Part shown: positions 9,149 through 19,521 of the stretch, piece after piece
Position numbering within the stretch: the first letter of the stretch is position 1
Layout: the number at the start of each line of letters is the position of its first letter
From: Candidatus Latescibacterota bacterium
Lineage (GTDB): Bacteria; Latescibacterota; UBA2968; GCA-2709665
Assembly: GCA_965219995.1 (NCBI GenBank)
Contig: CBDCOX010000002.1
Coordinates: forward strand, 736,001-800,000
Length of the DNA stretch: 64,000 bases
Reading direction: 5' to 3'
Translations under genes and position numbers: made by a program
Notes under the pieces: generated by a model
What the model saw: the letters and a program-made list of their open reading frames with translations, nothing else
What the model was told of the DNA's origin: nothing
Database searches by the model: none

Positions 9149-10912
9149 ATGGATTTCCATATGACCCTGGACTTCAGGGATGACTTCACCGCCGCAGAGG
9201 CGCCATGGACCGCCGAACGGTTCCGTGAATATATCCGGCTCGTGGCCGACCTGGGAATGCAGGGCATCCATTGGATCGAGATGGGCGATAGGGAGATGGG
9301 CAAGTGGGATCGGGGTTCCTCGACCGACCTCAGGGGTGGCGCCCGCGCGTTCGTGGAGGCCGTTCCCGATCCCCTCGCGTTCCTGTGCGAAGAGGCGCAT
9401 CGCGCCGGTATGAAAGTATACGCGGTACACAAGATCAACGATATGGCCAGCTTCGGGCCGGGCCGGTTTTATCCGCTGGGTGCGGCGCCCGACGTATTGC
9501 CGGGCATTCCCCAGATCGGCGGCTCGGGCCAGATGGCGTTCCGGTGGCTTCGCGAGCATCCGGACCGGCGCGTGGAGATTCATCCGTCTCTGTTGGAACC
9601 GCCCCGCGTCCGGAAACCGGTGCGGACCATCCGCTTCTGGCACGAAACCGACCGCCTTGAACGGGTTCCGGACGTTCAGTTGTTTGTCAGCGAGACGAAT
9701 GCGCAATACGTGCCCTACCGGGGCGGCATCAGAACCGACGTTTCCGTACGGAGGAGGAACCCGCCGGTTTATACGCCCGCGCCGGGGAAGCGTCTGGCGG
9801 CGGCAGGGGAATTCGCCTGCATCGAGATTTCCGGGCTTGAGTTATCGCAATCGTTTTTCTGCATCCGTTTTTCTGGCGAAACCGGCCTTACCAATACACT
9901 GGCGGCCCTCATGGAGGTTGAGGACACCTCCGGAGAGCCCGTCGCTTTCACCTGGGGATTCTTCCCGAGGTCCGACTATTCGAGGTCTCTCGGGTCGTTC
10001 GAGGAAGCCGGCATCGGGTTTGACGCCAACTGGCACATTCCGTTTGAAGACCGTCCGGGAGAACACGACTGGCAGAATTCCGCGGGAAGGTACCGGCTGA
10101 ACCTGGATAAGGTGCCCTTTGTCGGAATCGCCCGCGGGAGAAACCGGTACCTGACGTCTGCGGTCGAACTCGGGTATCCCGACGTCAGACGCTGGCTGCT
10201 CGATATCGTTCAGTATGAGCTGGACGCCGGCTGCGACGGAGTGGACATTCGGGTCGAAAGCCATACCCAGAATATGGATCTCGAAAATTACGGATTCGGA
10301 CAGCCCGTTGTTGACGCGTTTCGGGAACGATACGGCGTGGACATCACGCGCGAACCCTTCGACCGCGGCGCATGGCGGGAACTGCGTGGAGAACACTTCG
10401 ATGTTTTTCTCAAGGACGCATCCGACCTGGTCCGATCGCATGGGAAAGAGCAATGGATACACCTGACCGGATATCCCGGCATGGACCGTCAGCCCCGGCA
10501 GCCGAGTCTGCATCAGATGTACTGGAACTGGCGGAAATGGCTGGCGGAAGGCTGGGTGGACGTTGTGAATTTCAAGCGATTCCAGCTGAGAGGTCTTTCA
10601 CCCGGTCAGCAGAAGGAAATCGACCGGTTCTATAGTACGGCGCTGAACGTCTGCCGGGAGCTCGGATTGCGAATGGCCTGCACCCCCAATCCGAGATACG
10701 AGGGCATGAACGAGCGGGATTTCGTGGAAATGGAGCTGCGGAACATCCATCGTATCGCACGGGACGGGTTCGAGGTCTACAACTTCTATGAGGGGTGTAC
10801 GTACATTCGCCTGACCGAGCACGGATTCCGTGTTGGCGCCGAGGACTTGTGGCGGAGAATCCGCGATTGGCGTCGGGAAGACAATCGCGCACCTGGGCGA
10901 GTCGGCTCTTGA
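9149..10912 (+). CDS. Putative glycoside hydrolase (GHL10-like TIM barrel with insertion)
   Basis: EAHRAGMKVYA, GCDGVDIR, FRERYGVD, W.KWLAEGWVD. No signal peptide. Confidence 0.5.
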   Translation: MDFHMTLDFRDDFTAAEAPWTAERFREYIRLVADLGMQGIHWIEMGDREMGKWDRGSSTDLRGGARAFVEAVPDPLAFLCEEAHRAGMKVYAVHKINDMASFGPGRFYPLGAAPDVLPGIPQIGGSGQMAFRWLREHPDRRVEIHPSLLEPPRVRKPVRTIRFWHETDRLERVPDVQLFVSETNAQYVPYRGGIRTDVSVRRRNPPVYTPAPGKRLAAAGEFACIEISGLELSQSFFCIRFSGETGLTNTLAALMEVEDTSGEPVAFTWGFFPRSDYSRSLGSFEEAGIGFDANWHIPFEDRPGEHDWQNSAGRYRLNLDKVPFVGIARGRNRYLTSAVELGYPDVRRWLLDIVQYELDAGCDGVDIRVESHTQNMDLENYGFGQPVVDAFRERYGVDITREPFDRGAWRELRGEHFDVFLKDASDLVRSHGKEQWIHLTGYPGMDRQPRQPSLHQMYWNWRKWLAEGWVDVVNFKRFQLRGLSPGQQKEIDRFYSTALNVCRELGLRMACTPNPRYEGMNERDFVEMELRNIHRIARDGFEVYNFYEGCTYIRLTEHGFRVGAEDLWRRIRDWRREDNRAPGRVGS

Positions 10913-10956
10913 TCACTCGGCCGTTGTCCGGGTGCGGGAAAGGGGAACCTTGAGCG

Positions 10957-12504
10957 ATGCGGAATGACGTAATCGACGTGGGTACCGGAAAACAGTTGTT
11001 TGTGGATTCGAAGTTTGTCGAAACGAGCGCGGGCGTGTCGTTTATCATGAACCCGCCGTATCAGGTGGACGAACCGGTATTGTTGCCTGATACGCCCTGG
11101 GAACGGCTCGCCGGAGCGTGTTTCGGCATCTATAGCAGCATCCTCAAAGGAGACGACGGCAAGATCCGCGTCTGGGTTCACGTTCGCACCGGAGTCTACC
11201 AGTCCGGCCGGGACGAAGCCCACGTTGCCTACGCCGAGTCCGCCGACGGCATCCATTTTACCCGGCCGGTGCTGGATCTGGTCGAATCGAATGGAACAAA
11301 AGAAAACAACGTCGTAATCCCGGCCAACATCGGCGGAAGTTCCGCATGGATCGATCCGCACGCGCCGCCCGAATCTCGCTACAAGACCCAGGCGAAAGTC
11401 TATTCGCCACCCGAGGTATGGGGGCATCTGCACATGCACGGATCTCCCGACGGGATTCACTGGAAGCTCTTGTACGACGTGGAGTTGAGTCGCGGCGGGT
11501 GGGATACGCAGACCATCGTGTTCTGGGATCCGGCGGTCGGGCGTTACGCGATGTATACCCGGCACTGGTTTGCGAAACGGCATGGGACGGCAGAGGGCAA
11601 CCTGAACTACCGGACGGTGCGCAGGCTGGAATCCGAGGATTTGCAGGAATGGGGAAATCAGCAAATCGTCATGCGGCCCGACGACACCGATATGGACACT
11701 TACGATACGCCCTATCCCCTTCGCCCGGAAGGACCGGAACGTCCCTACGGGCGGACGCCGATGGACTACTACGGGGCATCGGTGTTCAAATATCCGGACC
11801 CCGGCGGCGTGTACGTCATGCTGGCGAACGCAAACTGGTACTGGTTCGACCGCGAACCCGTGGTCACCGTGGTCCGCGACGACACGGGCGTTGCGCGGGA
11901 AGAGACGCAGAATATCTACGGCCCCAGCCGTTTCGACGCCCGGCTGTCCGTCAGTCGGGACGGCGTCGAATTTCAGCGATGCGGCGGGCGCAAGCCCTTT
12001 CTGAAGCCCGGCAGGGAGGGAAGTTTCTCGTCCCGCATGGTGTGGGCGATGCCGAATCCCATTCAGATGGAGGACGAGCTGTGGATCTATTATAGCGGCA
12101 TGAACAGGGACCATGACGGCATCGTCGATCCAGCGGCGGGGAAGCTTCTCAGCGGCATCGGGCGCGCCGTGATGCGCCTGGATGGATTTGTGTCTGCGGA
12201 TGCCGGTTACGGAGGCGGTGAACTGGTCACGCCTCCGGTTCGATTTGGCGGGACGCAACTGGAATTGAACCTGGATACCGGCGGGGGAGGCACGGTGAAG
12301 GTGGAACTGCAGGATCGCCTGGGCAGGCCGATCACAAACTACGCCGAAACTGACGCGTCCTATCTCTGCGGCAATTCGGTTCGGATGCCCGTTCGTTGGG
12401 GCGAGAGAACCCGTGTGGGCGAACTGTCGGGCCAACCGGTCAGGATACGCTTCGTCATGCGCGATTGCAAACTGTATGCGTTTCAGTTCACGTCACCGGA
12501 GTGA
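10957..12504 (+). CDS. Five-bladed beta-propeller glycoside hydrolase-like protein
   Basis: KQLFVD, AYAESADGIHFTRP, SPDGIHW, SRDG, RLDGFVS, C-terminal LYAFQF. Confidence 0.65.
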   Translation: MRNDVIDVGTGKQLFVDSKFVETSAGVSFIMNPPYQVDEPVLLPDTPWERLAGACFGIYSSILKGDDGKIRVWVHVRTGVYQSGRDEAHVAYAESADGIHFTRPVLDLVESNGTKENNVVIPANIGGSSAWIDPHAPPESRYKTQAKVYSPPEVWGHLHMHGSPDGIHWKLLYDVELSRGGWDTQTIVFWDPAVGRYAMYTRHWFAKRHGTAEGNLNYRTVRRLESEDLQEWGNQQIVMRPDDTDMDTYDTPYPLRPEGPERPYGRTPMDYYGASVFKYPDPGGVYVMLANANWYWFDREPVVTVVRDDTGVAREETQNIYGPSRFDARLSVSRDGVEFQRCGGRKPFLKPGREGSFSSRMVWAMPNPIQMEDELWIYYSGMNRDHDGIVDPAAGKLLSGIGRAVMRLDGFVSADAGYGGGELVTPPVRFGGTQLELNLDTGGGGTVKVELQDRLGRPITNYAETDASYLCGNSVRMPVRWGERTRVGELSGQPVRIRFVMRDCKLYAFQFTSPE

Positions 12505-12626
12505 TGGTGGCAGCGCAGATGAATGTCCCGGTTTTACGGTTCCGAATTTCCGGATGTCAGGAATGATGCTCTTGAGTAAACTCCCCCTTTGGAATCCCGA
12601 CGCCGCGCATCGAAATGGAGAAGCTG

Positions 12627-13085
12627 ATGTCCGAATATAAAGTCGTTGTCAAGTCCGTAAAACCGATCCGGGTTGCTTCCCGGCGCGAATCCATTCCGGA
12701 CTTCAGCGCGATCGGTTCGGCCATGGACCGCATGTACAAACATGTCGTCGCGCATATCGGCGAAAACAACGGAAAGATCGCAGGACCGGGAATCACCATC
12801 TGGCACGGCTCACTGGACGCGGAGGCGGCGCTGCCCGTCGATAGGCCGCTGCCGGACGGCGGTCGCGTCAGGGTTCGGGAGTTGCCGGGAGACGAAATGG
12901 CCTGCGTGGTCCACCGCGGCGCTTTCGACGGTTTCCGCAAGGCATACGAGTCCGTTCGCCGGTGGATCGGGAACAACGGTTACCGGATCACGGGACCGAG
13001 CCGTGAAGTCTACCTGCACTTCGTACCCGGAGGAGACCCGAAAGCCAACGTGACCGAAATCCAGTTTCCCGTGGCCAAAGCGTAG
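12627..13085 (+). CDS. GyrI-like small-molecule-binding protein
   Basis: MACVVHRG, WI..NGYRITGPSREVY, TEIQFPV. GGAG RBS precedes the ATG at 12627. Confidence 0.85.
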   Translation: MSEYKVVVKSVKPIRVASRRESIPDFSAIGSAMDRMYKHVVAHIGENNGKIAGPGITIWHGSLDAEAALPVDRPLPDGGRVRVRELPGDEMACVVHRGAFDGFRKAYESVRRWIGNNGYRITGPSREVYLHFVPGGDPKANVTEIQFPVAKA

Positions 13086-13095
13086 CGCACCACGA

Positions 13096-13914
13096 CTATG
13101 CATGTTTTTCGAGAAGCGCCTTGCTTTTCAGAACACCCTCGAAATCGTCGGTTCTTCCTTCGAATTCGATTCCGTAGGGATTTCCGTATCCCGCGCCCCT
13201 GAGGATGCCGATGGCGGCGGCGCAGTCGATTTCCCGCGACTCGCCGTCCGCGTCAAAGCTCAGGAATTTTGCGTGGGTCGCCCAGGCGTACGGAGCGATC
13301 CTTCTGAGGTTTTCAAGCTTGTCGTCTTCGGGCGGCCAGTTGAGAAAATCGGCGAGGACGCGGCAGTGGTCGCTTCCCACCGCCTCCATAATCCGCAGGA
13401 TGTTGTCCGGCGAGACCGATACGCCCCCGTGATTCTCCATCAGCAGTCGAATGTCCGCCTGCGCGCAAACTTCGGTGAGTTCGCCGAAGCTGTTGATGCA
13501 CTGTTCAATATGCGTTTCCGTGACCGGCCCGCCGCGGGTTGGGCCGGTGTTGGCGCGAAATGCGTCACAACCCAGCGCCAGGCAGGCGTCGATCCATTTC
13601 CTGTGATTCTCAACGCCCTGTTTTCGTTCGTTTTCGTCCGGAGAGGAAAGGTCTCCGTGCCCGTCCACCGCGATGTTGAGCAGCCGTACGCCGGCGTCGT
13701 CCGCCCGCTGACGAAGTTCGTCAAGATATCCGTCGGCCAGTCGACTTCCGGCCGGGTTATGAGGATCGTCGTACACAAAGAAGGGGCTGTTGAGTTCCAG
13801 CAGGCGAGTATCGAATGCTTCAACGGCCAGAGCGGGGAAGTCCAGCAGACGCAGTGGGTTCTCGGCATTCCTGAACCGCCGGTGAATGCTCCAGCCCGTG
13901 AGCGAGATTTCCAT
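13096..13914 (-). CDS. Sugar phosphate isomerase/epimerase (xylose isomerase-like TIM barrel)
   Basis: LLMENHGG, HAK, GIEFEG. Start MEISLTG follows a GGAGG RBS. Confidence 0.85.
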   Translation of the reverse strand: MEISLTGWSIHRRFRNAENPLRLLDFPALAVEAFDTRLLELNSPFFVYDDPHNPAGSRLADGYLDELRQRADDAGVRLLNIAVDGHGDLSSPDENERKQGVENHRKWIDACLALGCDAFRANTGPTRGGPVTETHIEQCINSFGELTEVCAQADIRLLMENHGGVSVSPDNILRIMEAVGSDHCRVLADFLNWPPEDDKLENLRRIAPYAWATHAKFLSFDADGESREIDCAAAIGILRGAGYGNPYGIEFEGRTDDFEGVLKSKALLEKHA

Positions 13915-13947
13915 GGGATTGCCTCCGTGGTTGGTTCGGGTTTGCGC

Positions 13948-13976
13948 TTGCTTTTGCGGTGACGCGGAAATATAAT
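13948..13976 (+). promoter_or_regulatory. Putative sigma70 promoter upstream of ggt
   Basis: TTGCTT-N17-TATAAT. Confidence 0.55.
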
Positions 13977-14136
13977 ATCCCGCCGTACGGTGTGCCAGCG
14001 CAACCGGTACTTCCCACGTGCGGCGCAGCACAACGTGTGGAAGCGACGGACGCCGGATCGTGCTGACATGTCGACGGCCGCGCGTGAACGAGTCTCTCAC
14101 GGCCGGGGTGCCGCCCCGCAATGGAAAGGAAACCGA

Positions 14137-15705
14137 GTGAAAGGCATGGTGACCGCCCCGCAGCCGCTGGCGGTGGACGCGGGCGTAAAGGTACTTGCCG
14201 ATGGCGGAAATGCCGTCGACGCGGCCGTAGCGGCGGCGTTCGTTCAGATGGTGGCAACGCCGCGCAGCTGTGGTGTGGGCGGCTTTGGCATGATGTATAT
14301 CCATACGCCCCAATCGGATACGATTCTGGATTTTCACGGCAAGGCCGGCGCTCGCGTGCGACCCGACATGTGGGAAGCTGAGATCGTCCGGGAGAACGCC
14401 ACCGGGTACGGATACACGCTCAGGGGGCGCGTCAATGAAGTCGGTTACGGCGCGGTTACAACGCCCGGTACAGTAGCCGGTTTATACATGGCCCAGACGG
14501 ATTTCGGGAGCATGCCGTGGCGGGACGCGCTCCAGCCCGGCATCGCGGTTGCAACCGAAGGTTACGAGGTGACCCGGGCGGAGGCGGCGTCCTGGAAACG
14601 GATCCCGACTCCGGAGACGACACCGTGGATCACCGTGGCGACGTCGCCCCACGAGGGTGGGGGTGAGTTTATCGCCAACCCGGATATGGCCCGGACATTC
14701 TCAATCCTGGCCGAAGGCGGGGAAGAGGCCTTCTATCGCGGGGAGATGGCCAGGATAATCGCCGGCGATATGGAGCGGGGCGGCGGATTCGTGACGCTGG
14801 ATGATCTCAACCGTTACGAGGTCACGGTTACCCGGCCGCTCCAGGCCCCGTATCGTGAATATACCGTCGGCACCAACCGGCCTCCCGGCGGGGGCCTGAC
14901 CATCCTGCAGATGCTCAAGATCCTGGAGGGTTACAACCTTGCGGACCTGACGTATCTTTCGTCGGAATACGTATATATCGTATCGATGGCAATGAAGGCC
15001 GCCTGGGCGGACCGGGCGAATCTCATCGGCGATCCCGCCTTTGTGGACGTGCCGGTGGGAGAATTGCTGTGCGAAGAACGGGCGGCGGCCTGGCGCCGGC
15101 GCATCGACGCCCGGGAGAAGATCGCGATCCCGCGTTGGCAGCCGCAGGAGCCACCCTGTACCACGCACATCTCCGTTGTGGACCAGTGGCGTAACGTCGT
15201 GGGTCTCACCCACTCGCTGGGATCGGGTTCGGATGTGGTTACCCCCGGGTTGGGCTTCATGTACAATAACTGTATGAACTGTTTCAATCCGGTGCCAGAG
15301 CAGGTGAATTCGATCGATCCGGGCAAGTCAAGAACGACGGGAATGGCGCCGACGCTCGTAAAACTGGGCGACGACCCCTTCTTCAGCGTGGGCGCACCCG
15401 GGGGAACGCGGATCGTAACCGGGATTCTTCACGCGATTCTGAACGTCATCGACAAGGGCATGTCGGCCACCGAGGCGATTGCGGCCCCCAGGTTCGATTG
15501 CCAGAGCGATGTGATCGTCGCCCATTCCAGAATCGCGCCGTCCGCGTGTGATGGCGTCAGGGCAATGGGTCACGAGGTCCAATCCCTGCTGAACGGTTAT
15601 GGCGGAATTGCGTCGGTTCACGGCATCATTCTCGATCCGGAAACGGGGACCCTGGACGGGGGAGCCGATCCCGGTTCGCCCGGAATGGCAATGGCCGTGC
15701 AATAG
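14137..15705 (+). CDS. ggt: Gamma-glutamyltransferase family protein (cytoplasmic)
   Basis: GGNAVDAAVA, catalytic TTHISVVD, GAPGG.RI, GGADP. GTG start at 14137. Confidence 0.9.
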   Translation: MKGMVTAPQPLAVDAGVKVLADGGNAVDAAVAAAFVQMVATPRSCGVGGFGMMYIHTPQSDTILDFHGKAGARVRPDMWEAEIVRENATGYGYTLRGRVNEVGYGAVTTPGTVAGLYMAQTDFGSMPWRDALQPGIAVATEGYEVTRAEAASWKRIPTPETTPWITVATSPHEGGGEFIANPDMARTFSILAEGGEEAFYRGEMARIIAGDMERGGGFVTLDDLNRYEVTVTRPLQAPYREYTVGTNRPPGGGLTILQMLKILEGYNLADLTYLSSEYVYIVSMAMKAAWADRANLIGDPAFVDVPVGELLCEERAAAWRRRIDAREKIAIPRWQPQEPPCTTHISVVDQWRNVVGLTHSLGSGSDVVTPGLGFMYNNCMNCFNPVPEQVNSIDPGKSRTTGMAPTLVKLGDDPFFSVGAPGGTRIVTGILHAILNVIDKGMSATEAIAAPRFDCQSDVIVAHSRIAPSACDGVRAMGHEVQSLLNGYGGIASVHGIILDPETGTLDGGADPGSPGMAMAVQ

Positions 15706-15841
15706 GTATCGGAACTGGCTCAAGCCGTGTCCCGGCCGGCTTTCATCCGCGGCGCGACGCGATGGAATTCACAATGATTCAGAAAGATCATGTCGTTTGT
15801 CCCCGTTAATAAGGTCAGGTAGAACCTGGAAAGGAAACGAG

Positions 15842-17053
15842 ATGTTCGAAACGCTTGAGATGGCACCCGCGGACCCCATTCTGGGATTGACCGCGGCATA
15901 CAACGAAGATACCCACCCCCATCGAATCAATCTCGGCGTCGGCGTCTATAAAGACGGAGACGGCAGTACCCCGGTTTTTGACTCAGTGCAGCAGGCGGAA
16001 GCCCGGATCCTGGATCGACAGACCACGAAGGATTACCTGGAAATTTCGGGCGGACCCGAATATGCGGCGGCGGTACAGGCCCTCTTGTTCGGTCCGGATC
16101 ACGAGATCGTTTCCGACAAGCGGGCGGCGACTGTACAGGCCCCGGGCGGGACCGGGGGACTTCGCATTGCCGGTGATTTCGTCCACAAGCTGTATCCGGA
16201 TGCAAGGATCTGGCTGAGCGATCCGACGTGGGCGAATCATGCCAACGTCTACCGGCACGCGGGTGTGGCGGTGGAGACGTATCCCTATTTCGACGAGGCG
16301 GCGAACGGTCTGGATTTCGCCGCCATGCTGGAGGCCCTGAACGGGATTCCCGCGGGAGACGTCGTACTGTTGCACGGATGTTGTCACAACCCGACGGGTA
16401 TCGATCCCACCCCGGAACAATGGGCGCAGATCGCCGACGCGGCCGGCGCGCGCGGCTGGATCCCGCTTGTGGATCTCGCCTATCAGGGCCTCGGGGACGG
16501 GATCGAGCGTGACAGCGCGGGATTGAGGTCGCTGTGCCGGCCGGGCGCCGAGTTGATGGTCTCCAGCTCGTATTCGAAGAACTTCGGCCTTTACAACGAG
16601 CGCGTCGGCGCGCTGACGCTTGTCGCGTCGTCTTCCAGGGCGGCGCGTGCGTTGATGAGCCAGGTGATGATCTGTATCCGGGCCAACTATTCGAATCCGC
16701 CGGCGCACGGCGCGGCCATTGTGACCGAGGTACTCAACGATTCGGGCCTTCGCAGCCGGTGGGAAGGCGAGGTGAAGCAGATGCGGAACCGGATCAACCG
16801 GATGCGGGCGTTATTTGTGGATACCCTCGAGCGGAAGGGGGTGCGGCGCGATTTTTCATTCATCGCCAGGCAGCGGGGGATGTTTTCGTTTTCGGGGCTG
16901 AATGCCGAACAGGTGGACGCCCTCCGGGAAAACTATTCAATTTACATGGTGGGTTCAGGGCGGATAAACGTGGCGGGCATTACCGAGGCGAACGTCGACT
17001 ATCTTTGCGAGTCGATTGCCGCGGTACTGGAGGCGGCGTCACACCGCGGGTGA
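15842..17053 (+). CDS. aspC: Aspartate/aromatic amino acid aminotransferase
   Basis: APADPILGL, INLGVGVY, LHGCCHNPTG, SYSKNFGLYNERVG, GRIN. Confidence 0.93.
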   Translation: MFETLEMAPADPILGLTAAYNEDTHPHRINLGVGVYKDGDGSTPVFDSVQQAEARILDRQTTKDYLEISGGPEYAAAVQALLFGPDHEIVSDKRAATVQAPGGTGGLRIAGDFVHKLYPDARIWLSDPTWANHANVYRHAGVAVETYPYFDEAANGLDFAAMLEALNGIPAGDVVLLHGCCHNPTGIDPTPEQWAQIADAAGARGWIPLVDLAYQGLGDGIERDSAGLRSLCRPGAELMVSSSYSKNFGLYNERVGALTLVASSSRAARALMSQVMICIRANYSNPPAHGAAIVTEVLNDSGLRSRWEGEVKQMRNRINRMRALFVDTLERKGVRRDFSFIARQRGMFSFSGLNAEQVDALRENYSIYMVGSGRINVAGITEANVDYLCESIAAVLEAASHRG

Positions 17054-17060
17054 GTAAACG

Positions 17061-18563
17061 ATGGGCCATTCGCTGTTCTGGGGAGACCTGCACGCGCACT
17101 GTGCGGTCAGCTATGGATACGGCAGTCTGGAGCGGGCCTTCAGACTGGCGAGCGAGCATCTGGATTTCTGTTCGGTGGTGGGGCATGCGACGTGGCACGA
17201 CATGCCGGTCGATCGGAAGCGGCACGGCTTCATCATCGACTACCATACGGAAGGGTTCGCCAGGCTGAAGCGAAACTGGAAGCATGTGCAGGAAACGGTC
17301 AGACGCTACAATCAGCCGGGGCGGTTTGTTTCTATTCTCGGTTACGAGTGGCACTCGTGCGCCTACGGCGACCATAACGTCTATTATCCGGGCGATGACG
17401 GCGAAATTGTCGAGCGCGACAGCCTGGAGGAACTGGACGAGGCGTTCGACGGACGGGACGTCATGGTCCACCCCCACCACATAGGCTACGGTGAAGGCTT
17501 CAGGGGGATAAACTGGTCTCACTTCGACGCACGCCGGTCTCCGGCGGTCGAAATACTGTCCGGCCACGGGGGGTCGGAGCGGGACGGCGGCCCCTACCCC
17601 ATGTATCATACCATGGGTCCCAGACAGTACCGGGGCACGGTCGCGTACGGACTCGCGCTCGGGCACAGATTCGGATTCCTGGGAGGCACGGACCATCACG
17701 GGGGGTATCCCGGACATTACGGCGAGGGAAGAACCGGCGTGTACGCGAGGGCACTCACTCGCGAAGCCATCTGGGACGCGATTCGCGCCAGACGATGTTA
17801 TGCGGTAACGGGGGATCGCATCGTGCTGTGCTTTGCCATAAACGATGTGAATATGGGGGAGGAAACGACCGGTACCGGCGCCCGGGAAATCAGGGTGTCC
17901 GCGAGCGGCGCCGACGCACTGGACCGGATCGAGGTGGTGAAGAACAACCGGCCGCTGAAGCGGGTGTTCGGACCCGCGCCTTCGGTGGCGCCGCCCGATC
18001 CCGTCCGGGCGAAGGTGCGGGTGGAATGGGGTTGGGGCGACAAAGACGAATGGGTGCGATGGGACGCGGCCGTGCGGCTTTCCGATGGACGGCTGGTTTC
18101 GGTCGAACCCTGCTTCACGGGCGACCCCGTGCTGGCGCCTTCGGCGGACGGCGCGGTATCGACGACTGGCGAGGAACCCGTTCACGGTATCGTGGCGCAG
18201 GATGAACGGCACGTGGCGTGGTTCTCCCATACCCGCGGCAATGCCCATCCGTACCTGCGCGGGACGAACGCACTGATTCTGGAACTGGACGCCCCGCACG
18301 CCGCGGCTTTGAAATTCAGCATCAACGGCACGACCTGTCGATATCTGCTTTCGGACCTCCTGGTGGGTTCCAGGAGCGAGTTCATCCGGGGATGGCGGTC
18401 GGAGGCAATGCTCGTGCACCGCGCGGTACCCGCAGGGCAATTGCAGACGGAGGTTGCGTTTGAAGACGCCGGGCCGGAGCGCGAGACCGATTTCTACTAT
18501 GTCCGCGTGGCGCAGGAGAATGGCCAGTGGGCCTGGTCCAGCCCCATCTGGGTGTCGGGCTGA
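17061..18563 (+). CDS. DUF3604 / PHP-like metallohydrolase
   Basis: WGDLHAH, GYEW, GDHNV, GGTDHH, YYVRVAQENGQWAWSSPIW. Confidence 0.8.
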   Translation: MGHSLFWGDLHAHCAVSYGYGSLERAFRLASEHLDFCSVVGHATWHDMPVDRKRHGFIIDYHTEGFARLKRNWKHVQETVRRYNQPGRFVSILGYEWHSCAYGDHNVYYPGDDGEIVERDSLEELDEAFDGRDVMVHPHHIGYGEGFRGINWSHFDARRSPAVEILSGHGGSERDGGPYPMYHTMGPRQYRGTVAYGLALGHRFGFLGGTDHHGGYPGHYGEGRTGVYARALTREAIWDAIRARRCYAVTGDRIVLCFAINDVNMGEETTGTGAREIRVSASGADALDRIEVVKNNRPLKRVFGPAPSVAPPDPVRAKVRVEWGWGDKDEWVRWDAAVRLSDGRLVSVEPCFTGDPVLAPSADGAVSTTGEEPVHGIVAQDERHVAWFSHTRGNAHPYLRGTNALILELDAPHAAALKFSINGTTCRYLLSDLLVGSRSEFIRGWRSEAMLVHRAVPAGQLQTEVAFEDAGPERETDFYYVRVAQENGQWAWSSPIWVSG

Positions 18564-18679
18564 TTGCGGAAGAATCGGAAGGCGAACGCGGCGTGTCGGC
18601 GGAAACAGTCGAGGCGGAGTCAACCCGCAGGTGTTTCGGTCGAACGCTGCCGATGCATTGCCAGGAATGGAGGACCATC

Positions 18680-19453
18680 ATGGTGCTGAAAGACCGCGTG
18701 GCCATCGTGACGGGCGGGAGTTCGGGAATCGGCCGAGGGGTGGCCCTCGAATTCGCAAAAGAAGGCGCGGCGGTCGTGGTGGCAGACGTCCGGGAAGCGC
18801 CGAAGCAGGGCAAATATCACGAGCAGGAGGTCCGGACGTCCACCATCGAAGAGATACGGGAACTGGGAGGTGAAGGGATTTTCGTTGAAACCGACGTGGG
18901 CGACGCAGCCTCGGTCCGGGCTCTGGTGGACGAGACGGTCGGCGCCTATGGCGGGCTGGACATTCTGGTGAACAACGCCGGCATCCATATTCCCGGGGAC
19001 AGCCAGACACTGACGCTGGAGGCGTGGGACCGGGTGATGGGCGTCAATATCCGCGGCGTCTTCGTTGCGTCGAGCGCAGCGATCCCGCACCTGAAGCGGT
19101 CTCCGGCCGGGAGGATCATCAACATCGCGTCGGTGCATTCGTTTGGTGGGGGCGGGGGTCCCGCGTACGCGCCGGCCAAGGCCGGTGTGGTCAACCTGAC
19201 GCGCGACCTGGCGATGGAAGTGGCTCCCGAGGGCGTTACGGTGAACGCAGTCTGTCCGGGCTACATCGAGACCGCCATCCAGGACTATCTGACGGAGGAA
19301 CAGATCCGGGATGCGCTGGAAAAGACGCCGCTTCCCCGATTCGGACTGCCCAGGGATATCGGCCGGGCGTGCGTCTTCCTTGCGTCCTCTGACGCGGAGT
19401 GGATCACGGGAGTGGCGTTGCCGGTGGACGGCGGCTGGCTGGCGCCCGTTTGA
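18680..19453 (+). CDS. SDR family oxidoreductase
   Basis: TGGSSGIG, NNAG, YAPAK, VDGG. Confidence 0.93.
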   Translation: MVLKDRVAIVTGGSSGIGRGVALEFAKEGAAVVVADVREAPKQGKYHEQEVRTSTIEEIRELGGEGIFVETDVGDAASVRALVDETVGAYGGLDILVNNAGIHIPGDSQTLTLEAWDRVMGVNIRGVFVASSAAIPHLKRSPAGRIINIASVHSFGGGGGPAYAPAKAGVVNLTRDLAMEVAPEGVTVNAVCPGYIETAIQDYLTEEQIRDALEKTPLPRFGLPRDIGRACVFLASSDAEWITGVALPVDGGWLAPV

Positions 19454-19521
19454 AACGAGTTGTCAATGGTTCGCCCTGCGGAAAGGCTGCACGCCCACAG
19501 GGCCCGTAATTTGGGGCGACG

